A stretch of DNA of 64,000 nt from positions 32,001 to 96,000 of the IMG/VR virus record IMGVR_UViG_3300033061_001635, one strand, 5' to 3'. Under the pieces are notes generated by a model. It did not search any database. It worked only from the letters and a program-made list of their open reading frames with translations, and was not told the origin of the DNA. Position numbers and translations under genes: made by a program. The DNA comes from a virus. Taxonomy: Duplodnaviria > Caudoviricetes. Of the stretch, positions 1 through 9,466 are shown piece after piece. Position 1 is the stretch's first letter; each line of letters begins with the position of its first letter.

Positions 1-381
1 AAATTATTACATTATTATAAGAGCTTTTTTAATAAAAATAGTACTAAAAATCCTAATGAATTAGGTATTAATATTATATTAAAACCAAACTATGATATAG
101 ATATTCTTTTATCATATCCAGACATAAATAATATGGATATGCACAGTATACAGAATGTGGCCGAAAAATATGCAGAATTAGTGATGTACTCTAGTAGTTC
201 TGCTATGAAATATAAATTATTTTCTATATTACAAGACAAAGCGTATTCTTCTGAAAATATAAAAGACAAATTATTTTTTGATAATGTTTGTTCTTTCTAT
301 GAAATTATCAAACAAGAAATTAAAAATAACCAAAATAATGGACCTTTAATACGTCCAATGTCTGTTTTTAAAGGCAAATAG
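1..381 (+). CDS. Hypothetical protein, probably 5'-truncated by the window edge
   Basis: The frame of ORF 133..381 is open back to base 1 (KLLHYYKSFFNKNSTKNPNELGINIILKPNYDIDILLSYPDINN-MDMH...). Confidence 0.6.
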   Translation, partial: KLLHYYKSFFNKNSTKNPNELGINIILKPNYDIDILLSYPDINNMDMHSIQNVAEKYAELVMYSSSSAMKYKLFSILQDKAYSSENIKDKLFFDNVCSFYEIIKQEIKNNQNNGPLIRPMSVFKGK

Positions 382-445
382 CATTTCTTTTATGTTAGCG
401 TATCTTACTATAGAGTATCATAATCTTTTATAAGAAGCTAAAAAT

Positions 446-880
446 ATGGACATAGATACTCAACATAGAATTATATGGCAAAAATGGATAGACCCATTTG
501 GCCGCGACGAAGAGGCTTTTGATTTTGATCCATATGTTGGAGACTATGAAAATGATGAAGAAATTGATACAGATGATGAAAATGAAGAATTAAAAATACA
601 AAAAAATCCACAAGCAATAAAAGCAATAGCTACTCCTATGGGCATAATACCATTCAATGATAATACTGCCAGTGGGAAAATATTTAATTTTTGGATGGGT
701 CATACAAATTTTGATATATCTAAAAATATTGTAAACATTATAGAAAAAATAGATGGAGTAGAAACTCTGGACGTTTTCACTAGATATAGATTTAGAATTG
801 CCATAGGCAAAGCATTTGATGATTCGCAAATTATGAGAAATATTAATAAAAAAATATATAACGAGTTAAATAATGTCTAG
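446..880 (+). CDS. Hypothetical protein (144 aa, acidic linker)
   Basis: ORF overlaps the next start. An AGCGTATC promoter-like element lies 49 nt upstream. Confidence 0.7.
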   Translation: MDIDTQHRIIWQKWIDPFGRDEEAFDFDPYVGDYENDEEIDTDDENEELKIQKNPQAIKAIATPMGIIPFNDNTASGKIFNFWMGHTNFDISKNIVNIIEKIDGVETLDVFTRYRFRIAIGKAFDDSQIMRNINKKIYNELNNV

Positions 881-1532
881 AGTAAATACAAGAGACACCG
901 ACCTACAATCACTACATTCTTACAATATTGATATAAAAAACAGAGAAATATTTTTACATTCTAACTTCGATGATAATGAAGAAGCTGGTGTTGATTTTAG
1001 ATCATCAATTACATTTGAAAAAAATCTTAGATTTTTAAATCAACAATCAGGAGAAAATATACTAATTCATATGCATCTTCCAGGAGGAGACTGGGAGGAT
1101 TGTCTTAGTCTATATGATACAATTAAATATTCTAGATCAACAACAACAATCTTAGCATACGCAAAAGTTCAATCTGCAAGCAGTGTTGTTTTTCAAGCTG
1201 CTAATTTAAGAATATTAATGCCAAATGTTAATATGCTTATTCATTATGGGTCAATCAGTATAGATGACGAGCATAAAGCCGCTATTAGCAGTCTTCAATG
1301 GAGCGAAAGGGAATCAGTAAAAATGTTAGACATATTTGTTGAAAAATGGTTACATAGTCCTATGGCTAAAGAAAAAACATGGAAAAGACAAATAGCCAGA
1401 AAACATATACAAAGCCAACTAGCAAATAAAACAGATTGGATTCTAACAGCGGAAGAAGCGGTGTATTATGGTTTTGCTGATGGTATTCTTGGAGATAGAA
1501 AGTATCCAACAATTGAATCATTAAAAAAATAA
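873..1532 (+). CDS. clpP: ClpP-family serine protease (peptidase S14)
   Basis: HLPGGD..D...LYDTI, catalytic Ser in VQSASS, His in MLIHYG, and Asp in DWILTAEEAVYYGFADGI all match ClpP motifs. Confidence 0.85.
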   Translation: MSRVNTRDTDLQSLHSYNIDIKNREIFLHSNFDDNEEAGVDFRSSITFEKNLRFLNQQSGENILIHMHLPGGDWEDCLSLYDTIKYSRSTTTILAYAKVQSASSVVFQAANLRILMPNVNMLIHYGSISIDDEHKAAISSLQWSERESVKMLDIFVEKWLHSPMAKEKTWKRQIARKHIQSQLANKTDWILTAEEAVYYGFADGILGDRKYPTIESLKK

Positions 1533-1536
1533 TATT

Positions 1537-2184
1537 ATGTATATAGAATATGCTCACTACGATCTTGATGCAAAAGATAGTGAAATAACTGAAACTATTA
1601 ATGCAGCAGTGAATTATGATATACAGAGCATATCTGTATTTTATCCTTATATTAAATTAATCAAAAATCAAATTGATATCAATAAAATTCAAATTGCTTC
1701 GCCCATAGACTTTCCACTGGGCATTATGGATGCGAATTCCAGAATGTCAATGGCAGCAAACTGCTTCAAAAATGGTGCATCTATAATAGATGTTGTTTGT
1801 CCATCGCATTACTTATGTAATCGTAAATACGATAAATTCAGAGATGATATAAAAAACATGCAAGCTATATCTATGGACTATAATGGCCAAATAAGATACA
1901 TATTAGAATATAGAAAATTTACTTATGAATTATTATATAAAGTAGCTCAAATATTATTAGATCTAAATATTAAAACTATTTTTCCTTCTACAGGATATTT
2001 TTTAGACGATATATCTGATAATATCTTAGCAGCAGCTCTTATCAACAAAAGAGTTCCAGATATTAATATTGTTTGTAATGGAAATATATGGAACGAAACC
2101 CATGTAAAATTGGTCAAAAATAGTAAAATTTATGGATTAAGAGTTAATTCTATAAATGGTTTAAAATTAATAGCCAATAATTAA
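1537..2184 (+). CDS. DeoC (deoxyribose-phosphate aldolase)-like TIM barrel, probably catalytically inactive
   Basis: PIDFPLG, NGASIIDVV, RYILE and PSTG align with DeoC motifs (GFPLG, GAxEIDxV, KVILE, KTSTG), but the lysines are replaced. Confidence 0.75.
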   Translation: MYIEYAHYDLDAKDSEITETINAAVNYDIQSISVFYPYIKLIKNQIDINKIQIASPIDFPLGIMDANSRMSMAANCFKNGASIIDVVCPSHYLCNRKYDKFRDDIKNMQAISMDYNGQIRYILEYRKFTYELLYKVAQILLDLNIKTIFPSTGYFLDDISDNILAAALINKRVPDINIVCNGNIWNETHVKLVKNSKIYGLRVNSINGLKLIANN

Positions 2185-2212
2185 AATAAACAATTAAAAA
2201 ATCAACCTTTTA

Positions 2213-2220
2213 GGTGTATA
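2213..2220 (+). promoter_or_regulatory. GGTGTAT-type putative phage promoter
   Basis: Intergenic GGTGTATA 54 nt upstream of ATG 2267; one copy of a recurring motif. Confidence 0.55.
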
Positions 2221-2266
2221 AATCAGATGACAGGCCATAAAAACAAATATTTAATGGAGACAACAA

Positions 2267-2812
2267 ATGTCAACAGCTAATACATCCGGTTCAAATTATA
2301 CAACTCCACCAAATCTTAAAGGTAGCGGATCAGTTAATAATGGTGGAACATCAACCAGGGTAACATCAACTAGCTTACTAAGAAGCGTTGCAGTAAGTAA
2401 GGATAGATCTGGAGTTTTTGGTTCAACAGTAATTGATGGGAGTGACACAGACAAGGCTATTTCTGCTGGCCCAATCGCCCACAACCATGTAAAGCCCATC
2501 AGTCAAAAAGTAACAAAAGAAATTGCTGGACAAGTATCTTCTGTTCTATCTAATAGTGCGAATAATCCCGCTCAATTAAGAAGTATCAACAAAAGAGAAA
2601 GTTACAGATCACCCGGAACAGCAACAGCTATGAGAGCAGGCTATTTTAATCTTTATACTGGCAAATTCTCACCAGCACCAACACCAGTTTCAGAAACTCC
2701 TGGAACGGACACTGCTACTACAATCACCAGAAATGTTCCTGGAGATTTAGTTTTCAGAACAGGTGCAAAATTGCCGGTTCGTAATAGAGATTATAAAGCT
2801 AAAACAGGCTGA
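2267..2812 (+). CDS. Hypothetical Ser/Thr/Gly-rich protein, possibly a virion component
   Basis: GGAG RBS, its own promoter-like motif and a downstream terminator. Confidence 0.7.
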   Translation: MSTANTSGSNYTTPPNLKGSGSVNNGGTSTRVTSTSLLRSVAVSKDRSGVFGSTVIDGSDTDKAISAGPIAHNHVKPISQKVTKEIAGQVSSVLSNSANNPAQLRSINKRESYRSPGTATAMRAGYFNLYTGKFSPAPTPVSETPGTDTATTITRNVPGDLVFRTGAKLPVRNRDYKAKTG

Positions 2813-2842
2813 TACAATAAATAATACTTAAAACCAACAACT

Positions 2843-2876
2843 AAGCCAGCAATAATATTGTTGGCTTTTTGTTTTT
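2843..2876 (+). terminator. Rho-independent terminator
   Basis: AAGCCAGCAATA-a-TATTGTTGGCTT hairpin followed by TTTgTTTTT. Confidence 0.75.
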
Positions 2877-2925
2877 AGTGTATATAAATAATGTATGTAT
2901 TTTCTCAAAATAAAGGTTTTTAATT

Positions 2926-3243
2926 ATGAGCGATACCATAGTTCACTTTTGGGAAAGCATAGCAACTACTAGCATTGGTATTATAGTTACCATGATTGGT
3001 TTTTGGATAGCTATTGGTAAAAATATGGCCACCAAGTCGGAAGTTATTGAAATGATAGAAACCAAATCGCCATATTTACAAGATAGACAATTCATTATGG
3101 AAAGATTAGCAGTTAACAAAGAGACACAAGCCGCATTAACCGGAATGTTACAACGCAACACCGAAGTTATGAATGAGCTTAAAATACAAATTGCTATGTT
3201 GGGCAAAACATTAGAAGCATTAGAAGATAGAATTGAAAAATAA
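2926..3243 (+). CDS. Membrane protein with one N-terminal TM segment and a coiled coil (holin/lysis-like)
   Basis: Hydrophobic SIGIIVTMIGFWIAIG followed by a heptad-rich C-terminus. Confidence 0.55.
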   Translation: MSDTIVHFWESIATTSIGIIVTMIGFWIAIGKNMATKSEVIEMIETKSPYLQDRQFIMERLAVNKETQAALTGMLQRNTEVMNELKIQIAMLGKTLEALEDRIEK

Positions 3244-3272
3244 TTAATAAAATTAAATAATGGAGAACATTT

Positions 3273-3485
3273 ATGGCAAATGATATAACAAAAAGTAAAA
3301 GTGGTGAATCTATAAAGAACGGTACTATTGTTACTACATGTTCATTTACTGGCAGTTATAAAACTATAAATTCTTATGTCAACAATTCTCCAGTAATAGC
3401 AGATATACAATCTAAATATGATGATAAATTTGACGATCCTAGCTATTACTACGGTATTGGTAATGCTTCTGTGGTAGGAGGCTAA
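3273..3485 (+). CDS. Hypothetical protein (70 aa)
   Basis: GGAG RBS and tight packing with the next gene. Confidence 0.65.
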   Translation: MANDITKSKSGESIKNGTIVTTCSFTGSYKTINSYVNNSPVIADIQSKYDDKFDDPSYYYGIGNASVVGG

Positions 3486-3487
3486 TA

Positions 3488-3868
3488 ATGGGTATCAAAA
3501 GAATAAATGAATTTCCAACAGGTAGTGGATCACTAAGTGGTGATGATATATTTTTATTCATGGACAGCCCATCGGTTAGCGGAGTTACTAAAAAAATAAC
3601 TTTAAGCGAATTTAGTAACGTTATAGGAGTCGATAGATTAATTAAAGACGATAAAGAAGTTATACTGACTGGAAATGGTGAACTAACATTACCAGCAAGC
3701 GGTAGTATCACATTCCCAAATAACACAACCCAAACTTCTGCTGGAATACCAAGTAATACTGGACTAGTTCCAAATTCAATTAGTATTACTAATATAGTAG
3801 GTATATCTCAAGCAAATTATGATGCTCTTGTTACTAAAAATTCTAGCACCCTATATGTTATCTCATAA
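3488..3868 (+). CDS. Short fibre/adaptor-like virion protein
   Basis: N-terminal KRINEFP...GDD.F......TKKITL motif and C-terminal ISQANYDALVTKNSSTLYVI motif, both typical of phage fibre proteins. Confidence 0.55.
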   Translation: MGIKRINEFPTGSGSLSGDDIFLFMDSPSVSGVTKKITLSEFSNVIGVDRLIKDDKEVILTGNGELTLPASGSITFPNNTTQTSAGIPSNTGLVPNSISITNIVGISQANYDALVTKNSSTLYVIS

Positions 3869-4509
3869 TGTCTATATTTTTAAATAGTTCTAATATATCT
3901 TCTATTAAATTAGAAAATAGTGATGTTTCTAAAATATTTTTAGGAAATAATTTAGTTTTTCCAGCCTCATCTTTTGGTAGTTCAGGATTTCAATGGATGA
4001 CAATGACTTCTATCACAGAATCCGCAGCATCTGGAATAGGTCAAAATAATATCACAGTCGAGATTACTCAAAATGGCGGAGGTATGTTTCAACATAATGG
4101 TATGTATGCAGCTCAAACTTTTCCGATGGAATACGGCGTACCAATTGACGGAGTGCAGATTGCCAACACTCACGCTGGCGTATTTACTGCGACGTTTAGC
4201 TCTCCAATAACAGACGCCTTGGTTGCGTTTGCCAGTGTAGGTAATCCCAGTACCACTGTGCCGGTGCTTGTGTTTGATGAAAACGGCGCTCCAAAACCGT
4301 TTACTCCTATTTGGGCGTTAACCAGTGAGTCGTGGTCGCAAACAACGTATCTAAATCAAGTAAGTCCCACGCAGTACACACAATTTACCGGCGCAGAAGG
4401 TTTCAACATCATTCGCATCGACGGGACAATGAGTAGTGTAACGTTTAACTATACTGTTCCAGAGTATTACTGCACAGTTTGTTTTGGATTTGTGGATCAA
4501 AATACCTAA
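3868..4509 (+). CDS. Putative receptor-binding/fibre tip protein
   Basis: N-terminal IKLENSDVSKIFLGNNLVF motif, followed by a beta-rich domain encoded by GC-richer DNA. Confidence 0.5.
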   Translation: MSIFLNSSNISSIKLENSDVSKIFLGNNLVFPASSFGSSGFQWMTMTSITESAASGIGQNNITVEITQNGGGMFQHNGMYAAQTFPMEYGVPIDGVQIANTHAGVFTATFSSPITDALVAFASVGNPSTTVPVLVFDENGAPKPFTPIWALTSESWSQTTYLNQVSPTQYTQFTGAEGFNIIRIDGTMSSVTFNYTVPEYYCTVCFGFVDQNT

Positions 4510-4565
4510 TTTAGATTAGGTGTATCTAATAATAGGTGTTATTATTACATTTATTGGAGTTTAAA

Positions 4566-4901
4566 ATGGTCAAACCAGGTTATAAAACCAGTGAATTCTG
4601 GTTCACATTAGTAAGTTTTTTATTTAGCGGACTATATCTTGTTGGACTATTTGGAGAAGATGTTCAACAAAAAGACGATTTAATTAGAGATGTTAGTCAC
4701 GGTGTGGAAAGCATAATATTAATTGGTGGTCAAGTAGCATTATTAATGAGATATTTAAATGGTAGAAAAAGTATTAAAGAAACATGGTGGAGCACAGCAA
4801 GTCCAGAAGAAAGAATAGAAGCATCCAAAAAAAATAGTGGACAAACTACTACTAAAAAACCGCCATCTAAAAAACCAACGCCAAAAAAACCAAAAAAGTA
4901 A
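4566..4901 (+). CDS. Holin-like membrane protein (two hydrophobic segments, basic tail)
   Basis: Start reassigned to ATG 4566 after GGAG. KPGYKTSEFW motif, hydrophobic helices and a Lys/Pro-rich C-terminus. Confidence 0.55.
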   Translation: MVKPGYKTSEFWFTLVSFLFSGLYLVGLFGEDVQQKDDLIRDVSHGVESIILIGGQVALLMRYLNGRKSIKETWWSTASPEERIEASKKNSGQTTTKKPPSKKPTPKKPKK

Positions 4902-4938
4902 TCAATTTTACGGTGTATATATATTTAAGGAATTTATT

Positions 4939-5391
4939 ATGAATGAACAATCTTTAAAAATTGCTGATAGTCTACAAATAGAACTCAATAAATTTATTAC
5001 TGAATCTAAAGAGTCATTAACAATTGTAAAAAATGTAGCTGCTGCTCATGCCTGGAAAATTTTACAACTAGCTATAGCTATTAGTATTCAATTTTTAGAA
5101 AATATTGCTACAGACTTAAGTGGACCAGATAAGAAAAAAATAGCTATGCAAGCTTTGTCAGAATTTTATGATAAAGTATTCATTGTTGTTAATATCCCAT
5201 TCTTGCCATCTTTGATAGAGCCAGTTCTACATAAATATGTTAAAGCTTTCTTTATGGTTCTTGTGGGGGCAAGCATAGACGCTATGGTAACAACATTCAA
5301 ACAAATTGGAGTTTTTAAGGATAAGAACATAAATACATTGTCAGCTGCTATGAAGAAACAAACACTAAAAACTTCTAAAAAAAGGAAATAA
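4939..5391 (+). CDS. Hypothetical protein, possibly membrane-associated
   Basis: Start reassigned to ATG 4939 (AAGGA RBS). Contains LSGPDKKKIA and amphipathic helices. Confidence 0.6.
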   Translation: MNEQSLKIADSLQIELNKFITESKESLTIVKNVAAAHAWKILQLAIAISIQFLENIATDLSGPDKKKIAMQALSEFYDKVFIVVNIPFLPSLIEPVLHKYVKAFFMVLVGASIDAMVTTFKQIGVFKDKNINTLSAAMKKQTLKTSKKRK

Positions 5392-5392
5392 T

Positions 5393-5776
5393 ATGAATTA
5401 TACAGAAACATTTGATCAATTTGCTAGTAGACTTAGTGGCACAGATCTTGCTCTATATGCTGGGGCCGGATTAATTCTATGGGTGCTATTCAAGGACAAG
5501 CTTAGTCCAGTACAACAATTTATCTCATCATTAGTAGAAAAGGTGAGGGGCGGCGGTTCATCAAATACAACTGTTCCAGTAGTTGTTCCAGTAGTAAAGC
5601 CTGCTGTAGTCTCAAAAGAAGATATATTTTTTAAATTAGTAGTTTCGTGGAAACAAACACGCGACTTGGCTGTTGAATGTGGATGTGTGGAGGCTATTAA
5701 AGTAGCAGATCAGATGTTCCCGCATCTAAGTCCTGTTGTTTGCAATAAAGAAGTTAAGAAAGAGGAAGTTAAATGA
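5393..5776 (+). CDS. Membrane-anchored hypothetical protein
   Basis: TM segment LALYAGAGLILWVLF and a CGC motif. Confidence 0.65.
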   Translation: MNYTETFDQFASRLSGTDLALYAGAGLILWVLFKDKLSPVQQFISSLVEKVRGGGSSNTTVPVVVPVVKPAVVSKEDIFFKLVVSWKQTRDLAVECGCVEAIKVADQMFPHLSPVVCNKEVKKEEVK

Positions 5777-6270
5777 GTACTAAAAATATATTATTAGGCG
5801 TTGCTTTATTACTAATATCTATTGGAATTTTTAAACCCGACATTAGTTCCTGGGGCTTGCCAAATAGAAATCCTTCTGTTCCATCTGAGAATTTGGATTT
5901 AGTAAAACCATCAGAAGAATTACTTCCTATGGTTGATGATATAGTAAAAGCTTTATCTGTTAGTTCAGACAGAAAAGTAGACGGAAAAAAATTAGCTTCT
6001 TTATATAACGATATAGCTACTCTAATTAGTTTAGATAAAGAAAATGAAGTTATCAAAACCACAGAAGATATTAGACAAGCTAATAGATTATCTGGTTTAA
6101 TGCTAAAATTAGATATAAAAGGTAAATATCCAGATTTGCCAGAAGCTAATGAAGCATTAGTAAAACAAGCTATTGGAGATGATCAGGTTCTATTAAACCA
6201 AGACCTAAGAGAAAAAGCTGTTAATGGTTTTAAGGCTTTATCTTGGGCCTGTAACGAGGGTAGTAAATAA
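5773..6270 (+). CDS. Exported/signal-anchored hypothetical protein
   Basis: N-terminal KNILLGVALLLISIGIF; ATGA overlap with the previous gene. Confidence 0.65.
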   Translation: MSTKNILLGVALLLISIGIFKPDISSWGLPNRNPSVPSENLDLVKPSEELLPMVDDIVKALSVSSDRKVDGKKLASLYNDIATLISLDKENEVIKTTEDIRQANRLSGLMLKLDIKGKYPDLPEANEALVKQAIGDDQVLLNQDLREKAVNGFKALSWACNEGSK

Positions 6271-7196
6271 TGCCAAGATATTCTCCACAAGAACTATATG
6301 ATAATTATCGCAAGGGGTTTAGTGGTTGCTTATGGGAGCAGCACGTATTTGATGGATTAATGCAAAATAGCAAATATCCATTATTTGGAGCTGCTAGTAA
6401 AAAAATCAAGAGTAGCGGTAAAGGCAAGTTATCAACCCCGTACAAAAGCGTATTAAAATTTGATAAAAATCCTTATAATGAAAGACAAACTACTGGAGAT
6501 TGTGTAAGTCATGGAACGCGAAATGCTTGTGACGTTAGTCGAGCAGTAGAAATAGATATTGGTGGAGAAAGAGAGGCTTGGATAGCTAAAGGAGCAACAG
6601 AAGCTATTTATGGTGCTCGTGGTCATGGTGGAGAAGGAATGAGTTGCTCACGAGCCGCTGAGTTTGTGAGTAAAAACGGAGGAATACTATTAAGACAAAA
6701 CTATAAAGGAGTAGTTGATTTTAGTAAGTATAATGGCAATCTAGGAGCTTCTTGGGGTGGAAGAGGATTACCGGATAAAGTTATTGATTTAGCTAATGAT
6801 CATCAAATTAAAACAACAAGTCTGATACGAACAATAGAAGAAGCTCGTGACGCTCTTGCTAATGGATATGGATTAGCAGTATGTTCTAATTATGGTTTTT
6901 CTAATAAAAGAGATAAAAAAGGCATAGCAAATACTAGTGGTAGCTGGGGTCATTGCATGGCTTGGATAGCATGTGATGATACTGGTAGTGAACCATTATT
7001 CTTAGTTCAAAATAGCTGGGGCAAATGGAATGATGGTGGTCATCCAGAATGGGGGCCAATACCAGACGGTTCGTTTTTAATTCGTGCTGAAGTTGCTGCT
7101 GGAATGTTATCTCAAAATGGTTCTTATGCATTTAGCAATTTTGACGGATTTCCTTTACAAAAATTACCTTCTTACGGATTCGAGGAGTATCTATAA
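6270..7196 (+). CDS. Papain-like cysteine peptidase (C1 family)
   Basis: Q...C in RQTTGDCVSHG, His in WGHCMA, and Asn in VQNSWG. Confidence 0.85.
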   Translation: MPRYSPQELYDNYRKGFSGCLWEQHVFDGLMQNSKYPLFGAASKKIKSSGKGKLSTPYKSVLKFDKNPYNERQTTGDCVSHGTRNACDVSRAVEIDIGGEREAWIAKGATEAIYGARGHGGEGMSCSRAAEFVSKNGGILLRQNYKGVVDFSKYNGNLGASWGGRGLPDKVIDLANDHQIKTTSLIRTIEEARDALANGYGLAVCSNYGFSNKRDKKGIANTSGSWGHCMAWIACDDTGSEPLFLVQNSWGKWNDGGHPEWGPIPDGSFLIRAEVAAGMLSQNGSYAFSNFDGFPLQKLPSYGFEEYL

Positions 7197-8536
7197 TGGC
7201 AACACTTTATGCATATGTATCTTGTGCTGGCGATAGCAGGGCTAATGGCTTGTATTCTCTTGATACAAATACTCCAGGCATTTATAATCAATCGGGAGGC
7301 ACATCAAAAATAGAGTATGATTATGCTAATAATAGATGGGAATTAAAAGTATTAATTAATAGTACTTATACTACTCTATATAGATTCCAAAATGCAGGAG
7401 CATCTGGTGCTGATACAAATGTTATTAGTCAAATTAATTGGGAAGCAGTTGGTGCCGCATCATTACCAGTACCAAAAACATTTGATTGGAGTCCTGCTGG
7501 AATACCTACTATCAGAGTTAGCTTAGCTAGTGATATTCCCAATGGAAACTATACTTGGAATCCTAATATAACGTATGCTCCTGGACATAGTGTTTGGTCA
7601 AATGGATTAAGTGGAGCATTTGTGTCTGATAGTAATTCAAGTTATCTAATAGGTAGATATAGTACAGATTATTTTAGAATAGCAAATGCCTCAACAGCGT
7701 TTTATCAAGCATTTGAATCTTTAGAAATGCCATTAAATACATTATGGTATAAATTAAGTCCTTATGGGGCAAGTATTGTTACTACTTCGTTACCAGGAAG
7801 CACTATAACTCTTACCGGTGCTGGCACAGCAGGTGTCAACGGAACCTACACATGGAACAGTCACATACTAGTTAATTATAGTACAAATAGTTCAACTTAT
7901 AGTATGGGTTATTTGCATAGCGATGGCACATATGTGATAGCTGTAGATGGAACCCAAACTTGGTCAGTATTGAATGTTGCTAATGGAAGTAAATATTACT
8001 CATCCGCAATACCATATAGTCAAATTCCTACTGGGTCTTTTACTCATGACGGATTCTTTGACTTGGGAACACAACCGGCACCATCATCATCATATTCCTC
8101 TGCTAATTTATGTTCTGGTGGTGGCGGAGCGTCTGCTCCAGTTATGAAGATTTTAATGAAAACAGTACCTGTTGTTGTTATTACAGGGTCTTCACTTTAT
8201 CCACAAATTAATGGCATATATTATTTAGCCAACCCTGGTAATGGACACAATTCATTTTTTAGTAAAGACGGTGGTGATTCATATCCAAGAATAATATATG
8301 ATAATTCACACGACGCAGATTATCCATGGGTTATTAAATTAAATTTTTATGAGATTATTTATTATGGTGGTGGTAATTATGCTGAAGACTGGCCAGGGTT
8401 TGTAGGCTTTAATAGTCATGATTCAGTCTGGTATTATGAGGCTAGTGGCACTACTGCTGATATAACTACTTCCTCTAGCACAGTCAATAGACCTCATATT
8501 TATAAAAGAGGCAATACTGGATATGGCAGGACATAA
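7196..8536 (+). CDS. Repetitive beta-rich surface/virion protein
   Basis: About four degenerate units starting V/L-x-x-AG...NGxY; rich in Tyr, Trp, Ser and Gly. Confidence 0.6.
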   Translation: MATLYAYVSCAGDSRANGLYSLDTNTPGIYNQSGGTSKIEYDYANNRWELKVLINSTYTTLYRFQNAGASGADTNVISQINWEAVGAASLPVPKTFDWSPAGIPTIRVSLASDIPNGNYTWNPNITYAPGHSVWSNGLSGAFVSDSNSSYLIGRYSTDYFRIANASTAFYQAFESLEMPLNTLWYKLSPYGASIVTTSLPGSTITLTGAGTAGVNGTYTWNSHILVNYSTNSSTYSMGYLHSDGTYVIAVDGTQTWSVLNVANGSKYYSSAIPYSQIPTGSFTHDGFFDLGTQPAPSSSYSSANLCSGGGGASAPVMKILMKTVPVVVITGSSLYPQINGIYYLANPGNGHNSFFSKDGGDSYPRIIYDNSHDADYPWVIKLNFYEIIYYGGGNYAEDWPGFVGFNSHDSVWYYEASGTTADITTSSSTVNRPHIYKRGNTGYGRT

Positions 8537-8572
8537 TATGAATATAACTATTTTAGGAGATTTAATAATACT

Positions 8573-8737
8573 ATGAGACTTTTAGATAAAATAGCATTAA
8601 ATAGATTGATTAGTATAGTTACTAATTTTATTTTGGGTCTATTGAAAATATTTGCTCCTAAAACCATAGACGATATAGAAATACCGAAACCAAAACGTAA
8701 AAAAATACTACCATGGAGAAATCAAAATGAATCTTAA
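8573..8737 (+). CDS. Small amphipathic protein (54 aa), not in the ORF track
   Basis: MRLLDKIALNRLISIVTNFILGLLKIFAPK...PKPKRKKILPWRNQNES*, with AGGAG upstream. Fills the gap and overlaps the next start. Confidence 0.6.
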   Translation: MRLLDKIALNRLISIVTNFILGLLKIFAPKTIDDIEIPKPKRKKILPWRNQNES

Positions 8738-9071
8738 AGCAATAAACCTATTATTGATTTCTTCAATTTTACTATTTGGGTCATATGGATATAATGGCTC
8801 AACAACATCTGCCGTAACATTAGTTGGAGGAATAATTAAAAGTCAAAGTGTAGAAGTAAATAAAAAATATAAAAGAAAAGACTGTCCTATTTGCGAAGGC
8901 AAAGGATGGTATATTAGCGGAGATGGTATTAAAAAAGTTGATTGTGGTTATTGTGAACCAGACAAATCTCAACCGTCTCAAAAGGTTATGATTCATCCTC
9001 CTACTGTTATAAAACAGCAAGATTGTCCAAATGGTGTTTGTCCAATACCATCAAATAAGGTTGTCAAATAA
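8727..9071 (+). CDS. Exported Cys-rich protein with a CxxCxGxG zinc-finger-like motif
   Basis: Signal-like N-terminus, CPICEGKG...CGYC, and C-terminal CPNGVCP. Confidence 0.65.
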   Translation: MNLKAINLLLISSILLFGSYGYNGSTTSAVTLVGGIIKSQSVEVNKKYKRKDCPICEGKGWYISGDGIKKVDCGYCEPDKSQPSQKVMIHPPTVIKQQDCPNGVCPIPSNKVVK

Positions 9072-9466
9072 TGGAAAACGAAAATAAAAAATTAAGAGAA
9101 ATAGCTGAAAAGGTTTTAAAAAGAGCGCATATTCCTAATGACGAAAAATTTGGTAGCATAATCGCCATACTCATGATGATTAGTATCATATTAACAGTTA
9201 TAAGAGTTTTACAAGAATGTAATAAAAATAAAGCTGATAATATGACTAGTCAAGACAAATGTTCTCTCTATGGAGAGAGCATAAAATCTTATAGTCTTAA
9301 AAGAGGATGGTTCACCAGATTACGAATCAAAAAAATCTTAAGAAGAGAGTTAGATTCCAAACAATATCATAAATATAGTATCAAATTGACTGAAGCATTA
9401 TTAGACGTAGGAGAGGTTGTCACGGATGATGAAGTTTCAACACTAGTGGAGGCAGCAAATGTTTAA
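9071..9466 (+). CDS. Membrane protein, hypothetical
   Basis: TM segment FGSIIAILMMISIILTVIRVL. Confidence 0.65.
   Translation: MENENKKLREIAEKVLKRAHIPNDEKFGSIIAILMMISIILTVIRVLQECNKNKADNMTSQDKCSLYGESIKSYSLKRGWFTRLRIKKILRRELDSKQYHKYSIKLTEALLDVGEVVTDDEVSTLVEAANV

Noticed and set aside
446-880. Nfu/NifU N-terminal-like fold (IEKIDGVETLDVF)
   Set aside because: The resemblance is too short to support a call without a profile search.
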